IMG/VR virus record: IMGVR_UViG_3300037189_019086
Source: an uncultured virus (IMG/VR IMGVR_UViG_3300037189_019086)
Lineage: Duplodnaviria > Heunggongvirae > Uroviricota > Caudoviricetes
Length of the DNA stretch: 64,000 nucleotides
Strand: one strand, 5' to 3'
Numbering within the stretch: the first letter of the stretch is position 1; the number at the start of each line of letters is the position of its first letter. The notes beneath the pieces were generated by a model. That model made no database searches. It worked only from the letters and a program-made list of their open reading frames with translations, and was not told the DNA's origin. The translations under genes were made by a program, and so were the position numbers. This document shows, piece after piece, positions 60,855 to 64,000 of this stretch.

Positions 60855-62547
60855 GCTCCGCAGCACGCTCACCGCCGCAACGCCGGCCGGTGAAGCGAAG
60901 CTGCGGGCGCTTGACGGCACCGAGGCGCCGTACCTGCGAGCACGCGGCGTCGGCTACACCGCCAGGAAGCGCGGGCTCTTCAGCGAGGTCATCACCGACG
61001 AGGAAGAGCCCGCCGCCGACAAGGGCGACATCATGGTGCTCCAGGGCACGTATTCCTCCGGGTTCAACGACCGCATCGTCAAGTCGGTGAGGCTCTCGAA
61101 GGCGGGCCGTAGGGGGAAGAACTACCCCACGCCGCCGGGCGGCGACGAGGCGTGGCGGGCCCCGCAACTGCTCTTCATGGGGAAGGGCTACGTGGCCGTG
61201 AACGTCGGCGCCGGGCTGGCTCTGCCGGCATCCTCCATCGCGTCAGTCGTCCGGCGCGGCCGGCGCGGCCGGCGCGGCTTCGAGTGGGTCGAGGGGGAAG
61301 TCGCCCTCAGCGCCTTTGCGACCGGCTGGGACGACGACAGGCAGTCCTACCGCTGGGGGTTCTCCAGCAAGATGCCGGCGGTCTACCAATACTGGCTGTC
61401 CTACGAATCACCGCCGGCCCCAGGCGCCGTGCTGCCCAGCACGGGCTCCGCAGGAAACACGACGACCGCGCAGAGCCCGGCCCTCTTTCCCTGCATGCCG
61501 CGAGTTCACCTGTACGACACGGTGAGCGGCTTCGTCCTCACGACGACGCCGGAGAACTCCGGCGACCTGCGCGGACACCTTGGGGGCAAGCTGTTTGTCA
61601 CCGGGCCGGGGCAGCTCACGGGGCTCGTCGCGGTCCACGACCGGACAATCCAGACTTCCGCCGGCACGATGGGCGGCTTCGACGAGAACGACGTGTACGT
61701 CCCGGGTGCGCCCGCTGTCTTCAGCACGACCGCGAACCGAGTCGCCCCGTACTTCCTCCACTCGACCGACCACGGCGACACCTGGAGCCAGATCGGCACC
61801 GGGTTCTTGTCGTCGTACATCCCCCAGACGACGACCCCCGCGACCGTGGACATCTTCACGACCGCCGTGCTGTCGACCGAGCCGCTCTACACCGCTGAGC
61901 CGCTGGCCCGCCTTGCCGCGTTCTCGTTCTTCGTCTACCTCGGCAACGGCAAGTCTCTGTTCCTCGCCAACAACCTCATCGTCACCCCGCCGAGCACGCT
62001 CGGCACGATGTGCTTCCTCTTCGAGGGTGGGGGCTTCACCCGACTCACTTGGGGCTACGACACCACGTCCGCCCTCCTGGTGGCGTTCTCCGACGGAAGG
62101 CTGTCCGACGGCCCCCAGTTCGTGACCGACTACGACAGCTTCCAGCGAGCACCGGCCAACTACTGCTTCGGCCCCGGATGCTGCGCGCTGCCGGTCTGGT
62201 ACGAAACGGGGCACAAGCTGCGCATCACCCGCAACTACGGCTCATCTTGGTCGGAGGTCGATCTGCCACCTAACCTTCAGGGGGTGAGGTACTTCACGAC
62301 GACGGCGCCATACCTGAACGAAGACGAGCCCGGCACAATCCTGATCGCCAAGACCGTTACGGCGGGGGCAGTCAAACAGCTCCACTGCTTCAAGACAGAC
62401 GGCAACTTCTCCACGTTCACTGACCTGGGGCCGATCACGGAGTCTGTCAGCACCGCCACCATCACGCCTTGGCTCGAAGCGCTCACCTGGGCGCCTCGGT
62501 CCCGGCCGCTGTACCCGCAGCTCCCCGACGAGTTCAACAAGCCATGA
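60841..62547 (+). CDS. Putative tail protein with Asp-box (BNR)-like motifs
   Basis: STDHGDTW and TRNYGSSW. Confidence 0.6.
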   Translation: MKFPKLRSTLTAATPAGEAKLRALDGTEAPYLRARGVGYTARKRGLFSEVITDEEEPAADKGDIMVLQGTYSSGFNDRIVKSVRLSKAGRRGKNYPTPPGGDEAWRAPQLLFMGKGYVAVNVGAGLALPASSIASVVRRGRRGRRGFEWVEGEVALSAFATGWDDDRQSYRWGFSSKMPAVYQYWLSYESPPAPGAVLPSTGSAGNTTTAQSPALFPCMPRVHLYDTVSGFVLTTTPENSGDLRGHLGGKLFVTGPGQLTGLVAVHDRTIQTSAGTMGGFDENDVYVPGAPAVFSTTANRVAPYFLHSTDHGDTWSQIGTGFLSSYIPQTTTPATVDIFTTAVLSTEPLYTAEPLARLAAFSFFVYLGNGKSLFLANNLIVTPPSTLGTMCFLFEGGGFTRLTWGYDTTSALLVAFSDGRLSDGPQFVTDYDSFQRAPANYCFGPGCCALPVWYETGHKLRITRNYGSSWSEVDLPPNLQGVRYFTTTAPYLNEDEPGTILIAKTVTAGAVKQLHCFKTDGNFSTFTDLGPITESVSTATITPWLEALTWAPRSRPLYPQLPDEFNKP

Positions 62548-64000
62548 CAACCCAACAGCTCGACGAAGACGGCGTCCGCCTCTACCGCCGGACCGGGATG
62601 GAGACGACCGTCCCCGGCAAGCCGCGTGTGTTCCCCGGCGTGGCCTACGGGGTGGTGCGCCTCTGCGGCTGGTATCCGAAGCCTCTGCTGCGCGCCGCGC
62701 CCGGCAGCGTGGTGAACGGGAAGTACGAGTACCGCGACCTCGACTACACCCAACTCCAGGCGACCGGCCCGACCACGGCCCGCGACGCCTACTTCACCAC
62801 GAGCATCGTCCCCCCGGGCGACGACCTCGGCTTCGTATGCGCCGACTTCAAGGTTCCGCGTGAGGTGCTGGCCGCGGTGGGGCAAGACGCCACGACCAGG
62901 ACTTCGTACTCGCCCGGCTGGGACGCCGGCGCAATGTCCAAGACCGCGTTCTACTTGAACGGACGCGTGCGCTTCCGCGTGAAGCCCGACGGCAAGATGC
63001 GCGTCGGCATCCAGCAGGGGGCTGACGCGACCGACCACCGCGAAGCGTTCTGGGGGTTCAACTTCGGGGCGTTCGGCGGCAGCTTCGGCACCGTGATCGG
63101 CGGCATCGACCCGAACGGCGGCGCAGGGAGCCTCGAAACCCTCAGCGGGGTCAGCGCGGGCTTCTCGACCCCGTTCTCGGAGACCACGCTGTTTGAGGTT
63201 GAGCTGCTGAATGACGTGGTGAAGTTCAAGCGGGGCGGGACAGTGCTCGCGTCCTTCAGCTACGCCTCGGCGCCTCTGTGGGGTAGGGGCTCACAGGTGT
63301 GGTCGCTCGGTGCGGCCATCTTCGACCCGGGCGCCTGGGTCGATGGCCTGGAGGTCACGCAGTACGACGGCGCCAACCTCGTAGGCCCCGCCGCAGCGCT
63401 GAAGGCAGGGCAGGGCAGCGTGAAGATCGGCGGCGCGGTCATCACGCCGCGCCCCGTCGTGACCGGGCGTATCGCCCGCCGCGCCAACGCGACGACGCCG
63501 GCCGCACGGGTGCGCGCCAGCAACTACGTGATCGGGGAAGCTGCGTTCAACCTTCCGCGAGCGGAGGTCAGCGCGGGCTACTTCACAGGCACGACATTCC
63601 CGTTCGGCCGCGTGCGTATGCCGCGGCCCCGCACCGAAGGGCGTTCGTTGGTCGGCACTGTGGGCCGAGCGAACCTGGGGGCTGGCGCAGCGAAGCTCAA
63701 CGCCTCGGTGGGCAACCGCGGGGCGGCTGCGCTGGTGGCGCCGTCGATGGTGGTGTTCGGCGCGGATGAAGGCATCGCCACCGAGGTGCGCAACGGCATC
63801 ACTGTGACGGCCTACTCGAACCGCATCTTTACCCACGGCGGAAACAAGACGACGCTCGCAGGCGTCGGCGAGCTGGTGGTGCTGATGAACACCGCCGGCT
63901 CGATGGCCACCACCATCGCCGCGGCGATGATCGCCAAGGCAAGCCTGAACTCGTCTGGCGCGGCCAGCACGAGTGTCGTGCTGTCGTCGATCATCGCCGA
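62544..64000 (+). CDS. Tail-associated protein, 3'-truncated (absent from the ORF track)
   Basis: ATGA overlap at 62544; MTTQQLDEDGVRLYRRTG...; frame appears open to the window end with high GC3. Confidence 0.65.
   Translation, partial: MTTQQLDEDGVRLYRRTGMETTVPGKPRVFPGVAYGVVRLCGWYPKPLLRAAPGSVVNGKYEYRDLDYTQLQATGPTTARDAYFTTSIVPPGDDLGFVCADFKVPREVLAAVGQDATTRTSYSPGWDAGAMSKTAFYLNGRVRFRVKPDGKMRVGIQQGADATDHREAFWGFNFGAFGGSFGTVIGGIDPNGGAGSLETLSGVSAGFSTPFSETTLFEVELLNDVVKFKRGGTVLASFSYASAPLWGRGSQVWSLGAAIFDPGAWVDGLEVTQYDGANLVGPAAALKAGQGSVKIGGAVITPRPVVTGRIARRANATTPAARVRASNYVIGEAAFNLPRAEVSAGYFTGTTFPFGRVRMPRPRTEGRSLVGTVGRANLGAGAAKLNASVGNRGAAALVAPSMVVFGADEGIATEVRNGITVTAYSNRIFTHGGNKTTLAGVGELVVLMNTAGSMATTIAAAMIAKASLNSSGAASTSVVLSSIIA

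Noticed and set aside
51420..64000. Diversity-generating retroelement targeting the fibres
   Set aside because: No reverse transcriptase motif and no TR/VR pair differing at adenines was noticed in the window

Overview
The whole window is a large part of a high-GC temperate tailed-phage genome (probably podovirus-like, likely betaproteobacterial host), apparently in its free, non-integrated form; both window ends fall inside virion genes. Layout: 1-7354 (+) end of the virion module (giant internal/ejection protein, endolysin, holin); 7691-40232 (-) a long early/replication arm (attP derived from tRNA-Val, ATP-dependent ligase, tyrosine integrase plus Xis-like HTH, nucleases, SSB-like protein, family A DNA polymerase, SNF2-like helicase, Cas4-like nuclease, MoxR/vWA module, primase-helicase and many small ORFs); 40451-64000 (+) late arm (HNH, TerS, TerL, portal, scaffold, candidate anti-defence sponge pair, major capsid, adaptors, fibres, second holin). 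The most striking unexplained structure is at 27826-29340 (-): a circularly permuted tRNA-like RNA (T arm and CCA first, then a hairpin linker, then the acceptor 5' strand and D arm, with no anticodon loop) directly downstream of an uncharacterised 252-aa gene, whose upstream side is a second ~430-nt densely base-paired region. Other notable signals: about a dozen loci carrying an 11-bp pseudo-palindrome (TCNAA-N-TTNGA) despite no recognisable CI repressor; two homologous AT-rich origin-like elements bracketing the replication arm; and a dual-coding region at the start of TerL. All family assignments come from motif recognition by eye, not from database searches.
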